DNA of 62,589 nt, the filler included. It is 9 parts of 9 records of this genome, joined end to end, with 100 filler letters (N's around TTAATTAATTAA, not from the genome) between each part and the next. Parts side by side here need not be neighbours in the genome. Positions count along the whole stretch, not along the records: positions 34,037 to 38,462 come from SRR7504441_5588; positions 38,563 to 43,032 come from SRR7504441_5589; positions 43,133 to 56,498 come from SRR7504441_5591; 6 more parts are not named here. One strand, written 5' to 3'. This document shows, in pieces, positions 33,937 to 43,470 of this stretch (positions within the stretch are counted from its first letter, which is position 1; each line of letters starts with the position of its first letter). The notes beneath the pieces were generated by a model. It saw nothing but the letters and a program-made list of their open reading frames with translations, did no database searches and had not been told where the DNA came from. Both the position numbers and the translations under genes were made by a program.

Positions 33937-34036
33937 NNNNNNNNNNNNNNNNNNNNNNNNNNNNNNNNNNNNNNNNNNNNTTAATTAATTAANNNNNNNN
34001 NNNNNNNNNNNNNNNNNNNNNNNNNNNNNNNNNNNN
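33937..34036. other. Artificial contig linker
   Basis: 44N-TTAATTAATTAA-44N. Confidence 0.98.
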
Positions 34037-35015
34037 GGCGCGCTGTCAAGGTCCACACTTGCATCAATCTGCCTCACATCCGTGAGCACTGCAGCCACCA
34101 GCCGTCGCACCGGCGGTTCCTCAAACTCCGGTGAGGCGCCTGCCTGCTCCCGGATGGGTCGCCAATACTCCGGACCGAGCACGTCCACCAGCAGCTCGTC
34201 CACCAGCGGCTCCGGGTCCGGTCGGCTCGCCCTGCCCACAGGCCTCACACCCAATCGGCCAGCGATCAGCACCTGATCACCGGCGGCGCTGCCGGCCCAA
34301 GCACAGCCAGGTCAAGCAGCTTGCGCGCCTGCTGGGCCGGGCTATCGTTCGAACTTGCTGCAGCCAACGGACTGCGCGGCTCCGGGGAATCTATTCCCTG
34401 CCTGCACGGCCAGTCAGCTGCCAGCAGCCGGGCTGCGCACAGCTGGAATATAGGGTCGCCGCTGGCTTGGGTGAGCGCCAGGTGCACCTACCTGCCGTCG
34501 GGCCAAGCGAGCGCGGGGGAGCACCGCCAGGATGCAATTGGACCGGCACTCCTGCAGCAGGTACTGCCGGCGGCCAGCGCACCGGGCGAACTCGGAGATG
34601 TTCACCTCGGCCATCCCCAGCGTGGTGGTAATCAGCCGGCGGGTGATCGTCTCCTGCGGCCCGGGTGAGCCCTGGCGGCCCGCAGCTGGCTGCCTGGTAG
34701 ACGGTGATCCTAAGCTCGTACGGCTCGATGATCCCTCCGGTGACCACCACCCGGGCGTCGAAGTCAAACGTGGCCTTCCACACGGCGCAGTTGGAGCGCA
34801 GCGAGACAGTCTGCCCCACGATCGGTAGGTCCGCGGGGCCGGGGCTGTGACCGGCGAGCTGCCGATCTCTGCCCCGCCGCGCAGCGTGACGACTTTGACG
34901 TAGAAGTCGCTGTGGCCGGTGAGCGGCGCCGGGCGGCGCCGGGGCACCCTTTGGGGAGCGGCACGTGCTTAAGCTCCTCCACCGTGAGCTTGACCTTGAA
35001 GTCCACATTAGGCAT
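34037..35015 (-). CDS. NT-type C2 domain protein (EEIG1/FAM102-like), multi-exon, 3' truncated
   Basis: FKVKLTVEELKHVPL, NCAVWKATF, LGMAEVNISEFA..RQYLLQ..NCIL, SGDPIF. Confidence 0.75.
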
Positions 35016-35136
35016 CGCGCGCCCGGGCTCCCTCCGGCCCCGCCCGCACGCCTCTCCTACCCACCGGGGCCGCTCTCCTGCAGTGGTGCCGTTGGCGAGC
35101 CTCGTCGAGGCAGCGGAGCCAAGCTGCCACAGAGAC

Positions 35137-36012
35137 ATGGGCTGCGGGGGGTCGAAAGCTGCCCCGAAGGCCGATCCGCGAGCCGGTTCTCAGCCCAAGC
35201 CAGCCCCGGCCAAGTCAGACGCCCCGGCCGGCGGGCAGCCCACGCTCAAGCTCCAGCGCTCGTTCTCTGCGCCGCTCGAGAGAGAAGGCGGCCCGGCGGT
35301 GACCGAGCGGAAAGATTACGACCAGAAGATGCGGGCGCACCTGGTGTCCAAGGCCACCCCATCGACGATGGCCGCCGGGATCAAGGCTGTCACCCTGTTC
35401 AAGGCCCGGGCCCAGCTCGCCAAAAGTGTGGTACAGGAGCGCAGCGGCGATACGACTACGGTGGCGGCGCCCGATGGCCTGGCCAGAAGCCCTACTTCGC
35501 GGGAGCGGGAGCAAGCCGCGGCTCTGGCCGGGATGAACCGAGAGGAGAGGATGGTGGAGGGGATGCGGCTGCTCCAGGAGCGGGTGGACTTCATTCGAGT
35601 TAAGGTGCTGCACATGGAGGACGACGGCAACTGCCAGTTCCGCGCTCTGGCGTACGAGCTACACGGATCGCAGAACATGCACCTGTACGTGCGCCAGAGG
35701 GTGATCGCTCACTTGAAGCAGAACGCGGATGAGTACTCGTTCTTTGTGGGCGACGAGGGCGACTGGAAGCGTTACCTGGATAAGATGGCGGCCAGTCGGT
35801 GCTGGGGGGACGAGCTGACGCTACGCGCCGCGAGCGATGCGTATGGTGTGGCAGTGCACGTGGTGACTACCGAGAAGGAGAACTGGCTGCTTCATTACGG
35901 CGAGGGCAACGAAGAAAGCCGCCAGTGCTTCCTCACGTATATTAGCCCGATTCATTACAATGTGGTGGTGCCGCTGGCGGAGGGTGAGGCCAGTAGTCAT
36001 GGGGTCTACTAG
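35137..36012 (+). CDS. OTU-family deubiquitinase with N-acylation motif, intronless
   Basis: MGCGGSK start; DDGNCQFRAL, WGDELTL, SPIHYN catalytic motifs. Confidence 0.9.
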   Translation: MGCGGSKAAPKADPRAGSQPKPAPAKSDAPAGGQPTLKLQRSFSAPLEREGGPAVTERKDYDQKMRAHLVSKATPSTMAAGIKAVTLFKARAQLAKSVVQERSGDTTTVAAPDGLARSPTSREREQAAALAGMNREERMVEGMRLLQERVDFIRVKVLHMEDDGNCQFRALAYELHGSQNMHLYVRQRVIAHLKQNADEYSFFVGDEGDWKRYLDKMAASRCWGDELTLRAASDAYGVAVHVVTTEKENWLLHYGEGNEESRQCFLTYISPIHYNVVVPLAEGEASSHGVY

Positions 36013-36196
36013 ACAGTGGCAACGCATGTAAGCTGGAGCCGCGTGCATGAGCTTCGGCTTCCTCAATTAATTTAGATGCCAAGTTCACGAGGATTCTGCG
36101 TAAACCTTGGGACCTCCCTAATAGAATAATTATTCGATTTTTCTGGATGAGCATTCTGGATGAGCATTCAGAGTAATGATATATTTTATTGATGAA

Positions 36197-37528
36197 CTAG
36201 TGTGACCCGTGTGGTGTGGCGATCACGCTGCTACCAGTGTTGTAGTTGTACTCAACTCTGGCCTTAGTGAACACTCTTGTGAACAGGCCGGGTTTAGCTT
36301 GGTGGCACAGCCCCTCAGGCTCACCGTAATCCTCATCTAGTGCGGCAGGTCTCTCGTAGTACTGCCCAGGCCCCCCAACCATCTCATTGCCCGAGACACA
36401 GCCGTACCAGCCATGCCCAATCCAGGCATAGGGGCCCCTGACAAGCAGGAAGGCTGCCAAGTCCTGTCTCCATTCGGGGGCTCGGCCGGAGCTGCTATTG
36501 GTGAAGCTGAGCATTGTAGCGCTGTCGTGAACGGTGCTATTTGGGGCGCAGGCTTGCTGAAAGAATGCAATGCACTCTGAGCTGTTGTCTCGGGGCGGCG
36601 CTGAGATGGTGTTGAGCAACTGCCAGCTGAACCCACCGGCTGCCACCGCCACTGCCTTGGCGATCACGTAGTTTTGATGCCAGGCAGCCTGCAGCGCCTC
36701 CACCTCACTCCTGCCCAGCCCCATATCCACAGTGCACCCATCAGCCACCTCGCTCGGGCCGCCCCAGGGGCTTGTCATTGAGCAGCCCCACGCGCCGTGC
36801 CCGGACCAGACGTCGTCTAGGAAATATCCGTCCACCTCCGGCGCGCCCAGCCCGGTCGCGCCCAGCAGGAACTCATTGACAAACCAGTCGCCGAGCGTCG
36901 AGTTCCGATGGTCAAACAAGTACTCGCCGCAGGGCAGCTTGGAACCGTCCTGATTGGTACCGCAGTCGCACGTCTGGTTGCACCAGGCGGCGAATTTTCC
37001 GGGGGTGAGCCCACTGCCTTTGTCGGTCGGAGTCTGCAGCTGATCGTGATAAAAGTCCGAACATCCTTGGCCCTGAGTACACGCAGGGCTGCTGTAATTG
37101 GCCGCAGAGCCGTTGGCAAACCGCAGGAACCAGCCTGCGTACTGGGGGTCGGTGATTTTCTCCCTCACAGTGCTGAACCACGGTAGAGCTTTGACTATGT
37201 TTCGGTAAACCCATACCTTTGTGTGCGGATTGATAGCCTTGACGGCCTTGGCCTGCGCCAGCAGCAGGTGGTCGTCGTTCATTGGTGCTGTGTTGGCCCA
37301 CAGGGCGTTCGCGTTGGACCAATCTACCGAGGCTATGCCCCACTTGGCCAGGAACGCTGGGTCCAGCATGCCCGAGAAGTTGCAAGGCTGTATGATCGTC
37401 GACATGTTCATCTGATACGTCGGTGCCCACCGAGGCATCATGTGGGCCGGCGCGCCCAGTCCACCGCCCGAGAGTACCAGCATCAGGCCAACCCAGGCGG
37501 GCACCGTGGAGGAGGTGGCGGGATGCAT
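36197..37528 (-). CDS. Secreted glycoside-hydrolase-like protein (paralog of 2511-3860), intronless
   Basis: Hydrophobic N-terminus; AVKAINPHTKVWVYRN, YLFDHRN, VDGYFLDD, DLAAFLL, DYGEP..FTRVF. Confidence 0.65.
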   Translation of the reverse strand: MHPATSSTVPAWVGLMLVLSGGGLGAPAHMMPRWAPTYQMNMSTIIQPCNFSGMLDPAFLAKWGIASVDWSNANALWANTAPMNDDHLLLAQAKAVKAINPHTKVWVYRNIVKALPWFSTVREKITDPQYAGWFLRFANGSAANYSSPACTQGQGCSDFYHDQLQTPTDKGSGLTPGKFAAWCNQTCDCGTNQDGSKLPCGEYLFDHRNSTLGDWFVNEFLLGATGLGAPEVDGYFLDDVWSGHGAWGCSMTSPWGGPSEVADGCTVDMGLGRSEVEALQAAWHQNYVIAKAVAVAAGGFSWQLLNTISAPPRDNSSECIAFFQQACAPNSTVHDSATMLSFTNSSSGRAPEWRQDLAAFLLVRGPYAWIGHGWYGCVSGNEMVGGPGQYYERPAALDEDYGEPEGLCHQAKPGLFTRVFTKARVEYNYNTGSSVIATPHGSH

Positions 37529-37580
37529 CACCCTACCGCGTATAGCCGTACCCCGATCCGGATCGTAACGGATTTGCCAC

Positions 37581-38462
37581 ATGGAACACAGCAGAGATCG
37601 TCCTCAGGCTCTCAATCTGACAGCTCCACGTGCTACCCTCCCGGTCCCACGGCTGAGCCGGCTGGCGCAGCATGGCTAGACGCTGCGCACGACAGCCCGC
37701 TCAACCTGGTGCTGCCAGCCAGGCGCTTCCTCACGTGCCCGTGCAGACCCGGAGCATATCACTGGACGACCGCCCAGAGGCGATCAATCTAGAGAGCGGT
37801 GCCCCCAGGCCACTGGCCAGCCGCCGACCCGCTGCCAGTGGTGCAGATCTTCTCAGTGTGCTCCTCGCCGGCGTATGCGGTGCCGTGGCAGGTCAAGCCG
37901 CAGTCTAGTGGCACTGGCTCCGGGTTCGCGGTGGCTGCAATGGTGCCAGGCCAGCGCCCGTGGATCCTGACCAATGCGCACGTGGTGGGTTCCACGCTGG
38001 CGGTGATCCGAGTGCAGAAGCATGGCTCGTCGGTCAAGACCAAGGCCAGGGTGCTGTGCATTGGCTTTGATTGCGATACAGCGCTCCTGACGGTGGACGA
38101 AGACGATTTCTGGAAGGACCTGCCGCTGGTAGAGCTCGAGAATCGGCTCCCGGAGCTGTATGAGACTGTCAACGTGATAGGCTATCCGTTGGGCTCGTCC
38201 ATCTGCGTCACGCGAGGGGTTGTCTCGCGCATTGACCTGCGGCCGTACAACCATTCGGCACTCGATGGGCATGTGATTATCCAGATTGATGCTGGTAGCC
38301 GCGGCCGGTCAGCAGTAAACTGAGCACTGGCTGGCAGCCATCAACCCCGGTAATAGTGGAGGCCCAGCGTTCAACCGCTCTGGCAAGTGCATCGGGATCG
38401 CGTTCCTCAAAATAGCAACCACAAGCGTGGAGAACACTGGCTACATCATCCCGGTCTCGGTG
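37581..38462 (+). CDS. Deg/HtrA serine protease, multi-exon, 3' truncated
   Basis: [48 protein letters not shown]. Confidence 0.9.
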
Positions 38463-38562
38463 NNNNNNNNNNNNNNNNNNNNNNNNNNNNNNNNNNNNNN
38501 NNNNNNTTAATTAATTAANNNNNNNNNNNNNNNNNNNNNNNNNNNNNNNNNNNNNNNNNNNN
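38463..38562. other. Artificial contig linker
   Basis: 44N-TTAATTAATTAA-44N. Confidence 0.98.
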
Positions 38563-38746
38563 CCATTCCGCATCGATTGGTTACAATCGTGTGTAAACAT
38601 CACTAGGTAACGGCCCCGCGCTTCACTACGGTACAAGTAGAGTAGCACTGATGGCGTTGAGCATCGGTGGCCCTGAGTGCATGATGTATGTCGTGTGCGT
38701 ACACATATAGCTCAACGCACCAGTTGGGTGGGGTCTCGAACGATAT

Positions 38747-39433
38747 TCAGCCCATGTTGATCTCGAATGGATTGTCTGGGTCAAACCGAGCTGCCCTACC
38801 TCCGACCGCCTCGAATTCTACACAGTTGAGCTCGTCGTCATCAATTAGGATCATCCGATCCAAGCTCTCCACTCCAAGCTCCGCACCGGCTGCCACCATG
38901 TGCCGAATCTTCCTACCACGCTTGCCCTCCGGCGGATCGACTGGGCCTACTTGGCTTGGCGGCTCGTCTCCCCCGCGAGCCAGCCACAGCTCGTGCTTCC
39001 CGGCCACAACTATGACTGAAGCACTGTCGGGAATCGCCTGGCTGAGGGCCTGCTTAATTAACCCCGGCTGCCCTGAGTGAGTCACCACCGCCACCCTCAG
39101 CTCCATCGCCAGGGCCTCGCTCACCACTACCTGGAACAGCGGCCGGACCAGCGCCGCCAGCGCACCCACCGAACCGCGCCAGCGGCCTCCCGTGTGGTCG
39201 GAGATGAGTGTCTGATCGAAGTCGAGGCCGAGCAGCTTGACCCCGGCGGCCGCCTGCTGCCGGATCTGTTCCACGCACCGCTGGCGCTCCGACGGTTGGA
39301 TCGGCCGCTCGTCCGGCCAGGCCAGGTCGAGCTCAACCAGCGGGGCGGGTGCGATCTTGAGCGCCGGGGGGCGCCGCTTGACCGGCTTGTCCCGCTTGGG
39401 GAGCGCGTTCGGGTCGAGCTGGCGGAGTGCCAT
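38747..39433 (-). CDS. HAD-superfamily hydrolase/phosphatase
   Basis: Motif I LDFDQTL, motif II VVTHS, motif III K (GRKIRHM), motif IV ILIDDD..N. Confidence 0.8.
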   Translation of the reverse strand: MALRQLDPNALPKRDKPVKRRPPALKIAPAPLVELDLAWPDERPIQPSERQRCVEQIRQQAAAGVKLLGLDFDQTLISDHTGGRWRGSVGALAALVRPLFQVVVSEALAMELRVAVVTHSGQPGLIKQALSQAIPDSASVIVVAGKHELWLARGGDEPPSQVGPVDPPEGKRGRKIRHMVAAGAELGVESLDRMILIDDDELNCVEFEAVGGRAARFDPDNPFEINMG

Positions 39434-39434
39434 G

Positions 39435-39607
39435 GTTGCCAAATCTCGAATCGAATGCAGTTTTTAGCCGTTTTTTATACGAAGTCCACGGTTGTGATTG
39501 GGCCATCCGGTCGGATTCCAAGCGAGCACCGGATTCCAGATCGAGCTGGTTGAGAACGGGGCGACGGCGGCGTGAAAGATATTGTTGCCAAATCTCCGAA
39601 TCGAATG
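39435..39607. repeat. 23/24-nt direct repeat pair upstream of the HAD gene
   Basis: GTTGCCAAATCTC(C)GAATCGAATG at 39435-39457 and 39584-39607. Confidence 0.8.
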
Positions 39608-39855
39608 TTGTTAACTAACTGTTTATACAAAAATAAAACAAAACTTGATATCATCGCTTTGCGATGCTATGCCACGATGCTCGGAGACAATTATCAATCA
39701 TCCGCCATCTTGAAATGACACTGACTCCGGAGTGGTCCCCAGACTGACCGTCGCTCGCATCACCACCCCGTTGTGCCATTCGATCGGGTAGATCCGGACC
39801 GAGCGAGGGTCACCCGGGCAGCCGGCTGCAATCAGTAGCGATCCGAGGGCTCAGA

Positions 39856-40629
39856 TCACGCGATGGCACAATGGCACCGTGACGGCTCCAGATTGGCCTC
39901 CGGCTCACACCGCAGCTCCAGCCACGGGCTCCATTGCTGCTGGGATACACTCTTAATGGCCTCAAGGAGCGCACCCTGGTTGCACACAATCCGCGAGAGC
40001 CGAATATGGTCGCCTCCCTGCAGCGTGCTGACGCCTACAGTGCGCAGCAGCAGCTCGCGATCTGCAGGCCGTAAGGGGCGTGGGAGACTCTCCACCACCA
40101 CGCCTCGCTTGTAATGCGCATTGAACGCCTCCTGACGCGTGGCCGCGTGCAGCACGCACTGATTGGCTAGGATTCGCACCCACAGGATGTGATCCCCCGC
40201 GTTCTTGGCATCCAGGTGCGACGTTCTCGTTAGCAGGGCCTCGTCTTCTTCACACAGCATCCACTCCAGCGGCTGTGTCTCCTCGGTGCGCTCCGTAAGC
40301 GCCGCGAGCAGAAGCCGCTGGTTCAGCAGCACCCTCGCCGCGCGCATGTGGTTGCTGCCCTGCGCCATGCTTAGTTCCCCCGTGCGCTCCAGTATGGCCC
40401 TGTCCTCCGTGGTGAGCTCCCACAAGCCTGATTGGCTCGAGTTCGCTTGTTCGCCGCAAATGCCAGCCAATACGACTGCGTATACCTTGGCCTGGTTGTG
40501 CAGCACACGGAGAGCCCTGAGCTGATCCCCGTTCAGGTCCTTTGTGGACGTGCTCTCCAGATGCTCCAAATCGCGCTCCTCGCAGGTGCACGGCAGCGCT
40601 GCGGGCAAGTCACTCCCCCGGTTCGCCAT
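39856..40629 (-). CDS. Hypothetical protein built from four ~50-60 aa helical repeats
   Basis: Recurring L..ED..LL.RT.......G(D/N)H.R..R.L.NQ pattern. Confidence 0.7.
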   Translation of the reverse strand: MANRGSDLPAALPCTCEERDLEHLESTSTKDLNGDQLRALRVLHNQAKVYAVVLAGICGEQANSSQSGLWELTTEDRAILERTGELSMAQGSNHMRAARVLLNQRLLLAALTERTEETQPLEWMLCEEDEALLTRTSHLDAKNAGDHILWVRILANQCVLHAATRQEAFNAHYKRGVVVESLPRPLRPADRELLLRTVGVSTLQGGDHIRLSRIVCNQGALLEAIKSVSQQQWSPWLELRCEPEANLEPSRCHCAIA

Positions 40630-40675
40630 GGCTTCTGTGATGAAAGGACGTTCGGTTGGAGCAACCGAGCAAGTC

Positions 40676-43032
40676 ATGCGACGTGCGGGGTGGATACTGC
40701 TGGTCATTGCCAGCTGCGGGCAATGCGACCTACCGACGAGCGGCCCACGCTACGATCTCGAACACCGGGCGCTGGTGGCGCTGTACGACGCAACCGGTGG
40801 GGAGGCGTGGTTCCGCAATGATGGCTGGCTCAACACCACCGTCAGTCACTGCCTCTGGTTTGGGGTCAAATGCAGTACGGACGGCAAGGTGGCGAAGCTG
40901 AAGTTGATCGACAACGAGCTGACCGGGACGGTGCCAATCGAACTGATCAGCCTCACCGAGCTCGGCGCACTTATGCTGGCCACCCCCCTACGGGCGGACC
41001 CGGAGTCCCAAGGCCTAAGTGGGACGGTGCCTGCGGAACTGGCCAGCCTCACGGGGCTCTATGGACTGGCCCTGAACGGCAACAGGCTGAGTGGGACGGT
41101 GCCCGCGGAGCTGGCCCGCCGTGACCTTATCTTTCTCGAACTGAACGCCAACAGATTGAGCGGGACTGTGCCAGCTGCGCTGTCCAGGCTTCTCTCGCTC
41201 GATTTGCTCAATCTTAACATGAATCACCTAAGCGGAACGGTGCCAGTCGAGCTACTCAGCCTGTCTGCGCTCACCGGATTCGACCTGAACAAGAATCATC
41301 TCAGTGGCACGGTGCCCACAGCTCTGGCCAGCCTTAGCCGTTTGCTTAGCCTTATCTGGAATGGCAACAGATTGAGCGGGACGGTGCCTTCTGAGCTGGC
41401 CAGTCTCACCGGACTCAATGGGCTCTACCTCTCCAACAACCGTCTGAGCGGCACAGTGCCTTCCGAGCTGGCGAGCCTCACTGCGATGGAGTTAAGTCTC
41501 GCACTAGCCACGAACAGCCTGAGCGGATCGATACCCCCCGAGCTGGCCAGTCTCACCGGACTCAATGTCCTCAACCTGTTCAAAAACAGGCTGAGCGGCA
41601 CAGTACCCGCTGCGCTGGCCCAGCTTAACTTTCTCACTGCTGTGGACTTGATCGACAACAGATTGAGCGGCACAGTGCCTTCTGAGCTGGCCAGCCTCAG
41701 TTCAATTCAAAAATTCACCCTTTACAGCAATAGTATCAGTGGTACGCTTCCTTCAGAGCTAGGCAGGCTCTCCTCACTTGCCTGGCTCGGCATGTCCTGG
41801 AACAACTTGGACGGAACCATACCCCCCGAGCTGGCGAGCCTCACTAAGCTCACCTGGCTCGGCCTGACGAGGAACAGCCTCAGCGGGAATATTCCTTCTG
41901 AGCTCACCAGTCTCAGTCAACTCATTACCCTGAGGCTCCAAGAAAACAGAATCTCCGGCACCATCGCTGATTCGCTGCCAACTTCTCTCCAGCAGCTTGT
42001 GCTTCACAAAAACAGTCTGGATGGAGTCCTCCCGAGCTTTCACAGCTACAGCAACCTCAGACTGCTGACTCTTTTCGACAACAACCTTTGGGGGCGACTC
42101 GTACTCCCAAAGGATGCCCCAGAGCTGCAGATCATTGTAGCACACCGAAATCGCCTGTCTTGCCCGGTGGAATTCAATGCAAGCTCCTACAAGCTCAACG
42201 ACCACGGGCCGCAGTGGAGCAGCGGGGCTTTGATCGCTCCTGGGAACCGCTTTAGCACTTCCGCAATACCCTCTTGGGCGCTGACCAGGGATGTGACTTT
42301 CCTGTGGGTGTGGGAATCCTTCTGGCAGGAGATTCGGCTCCATGTTCTCATCGGTGCTGTTGGTGTGATGGGGACAATGCTGGTAGCTGGCATATTGCTC
42401 AAGTCAGAGTGGTGGTCATTTTTCAGGTTCAAGCCAACAGGCGCTTATGAAGAGCTTGCATGGCTGTGCACGCGCCTGCTGCTTGGCCTGAGCCTGATAG
42501 GGCTCGTGTCCTTGCTACCAGTGTATGTCGCAGGTGCTGGGGAGTTTGAGTGCGGTCAGCAGTGGCTCCGAGCAACCCTGTCGTACCTCAGCGGCAGCCA
42601 AGCATCTGAGCTGGCAGCTTCAGTGCTGATCTGCGGGCTGCTCGGCGTCTTGGCATTCGTGGCAACTAGCATGCGCTCATGGGCATGCGCCATATGTACC
42701 GATCTAGCAGATCCTTCTCCTGTCGCTGTGCTCTCGTGGCAGAGGCGGCTGGTAATAGCCGTGGTCTGGCCGGTGCTCGTACTGCTGTTCTCGGTTCCTG
42801 GCTTCCTTGCTACCTTGGCCCAGTCTGTGCCAGGAGACCAGAACACGGTCGGGCTGTCCAAGTCACTGTTGGATGGCATCACGTATGCCATCAGTCCTGT
42901 GCTGACCTTCATTGATTTTGTACTGCTCCCAACCACGGCTCGAGCGCTTGTCGGAGGGCAAAGTGTTCGTGTGGCGGTGGCGCTGCAGCTGGCAGCACGG
43001 TTCCTAATCATCATTGTAGCTCCATTCATGAC
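40676..43032 (+). CDS. Extracellular plant-type LRR protein with a multi-pass membrane C-terminus, intronless, truncated by linker
   Basis: Signal peptide; LRR N-cap ALVALYDATGG..W..GW..HC.WFGVKC; about 18 LxxLxLxxNxLSGTVPxEL repeats; at least 5 TM segments. Confidence 0.9.
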
Positions 43033-43132
43033 NNNNNNNNNNNNNNNNNNNNNNNNNNNNNNNNNNNNNNNNNNNNTTAATTAATTAANNNNNNNNNNNN
43101 NNNNNNNNNNNNNNNNNNNNNNNNNNNNNNNN
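43033..43132. other. Artificial contig linker
   Basis: 44N-TTAATTAATTAA-44N. Confidence 0.98.
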
Positions 43133-43470
43133 TCACTGGCGCGGGAGCCTGACCGACAAGACCCGGGCCCGTCCACTCTATGGGCGTATGCTGAAAGCCG
43201 TGCTGTGTGCAGGTAAGAGGGCTGGCGTATGCTGCGGGTTTGCAGACTAGCGTGCTTATTTCAGGTGCAGTATTGACCGCTTTTGACAGTTGGTCATTAG
43301 ATCAGAGCATCAATCAGGCCTAGGCGCGAGTGCTCAATACATGACATCGTAAGACGAGCAATGTTGTTTCCTGATAATTAAACTATAATTGAGTGATCAT
43401 CTAGAGATCTGAATCTATTTACATTGATTATGTACAATCTAAACTACTAGGTAATCTAAACTGGTCAAGC

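Noticed and set aside
40900-41960. 72-nt periodic DNA repeats as a CRISPR-like array
   Set aside because: They are the in-frame 24-aa LRR coding repeats
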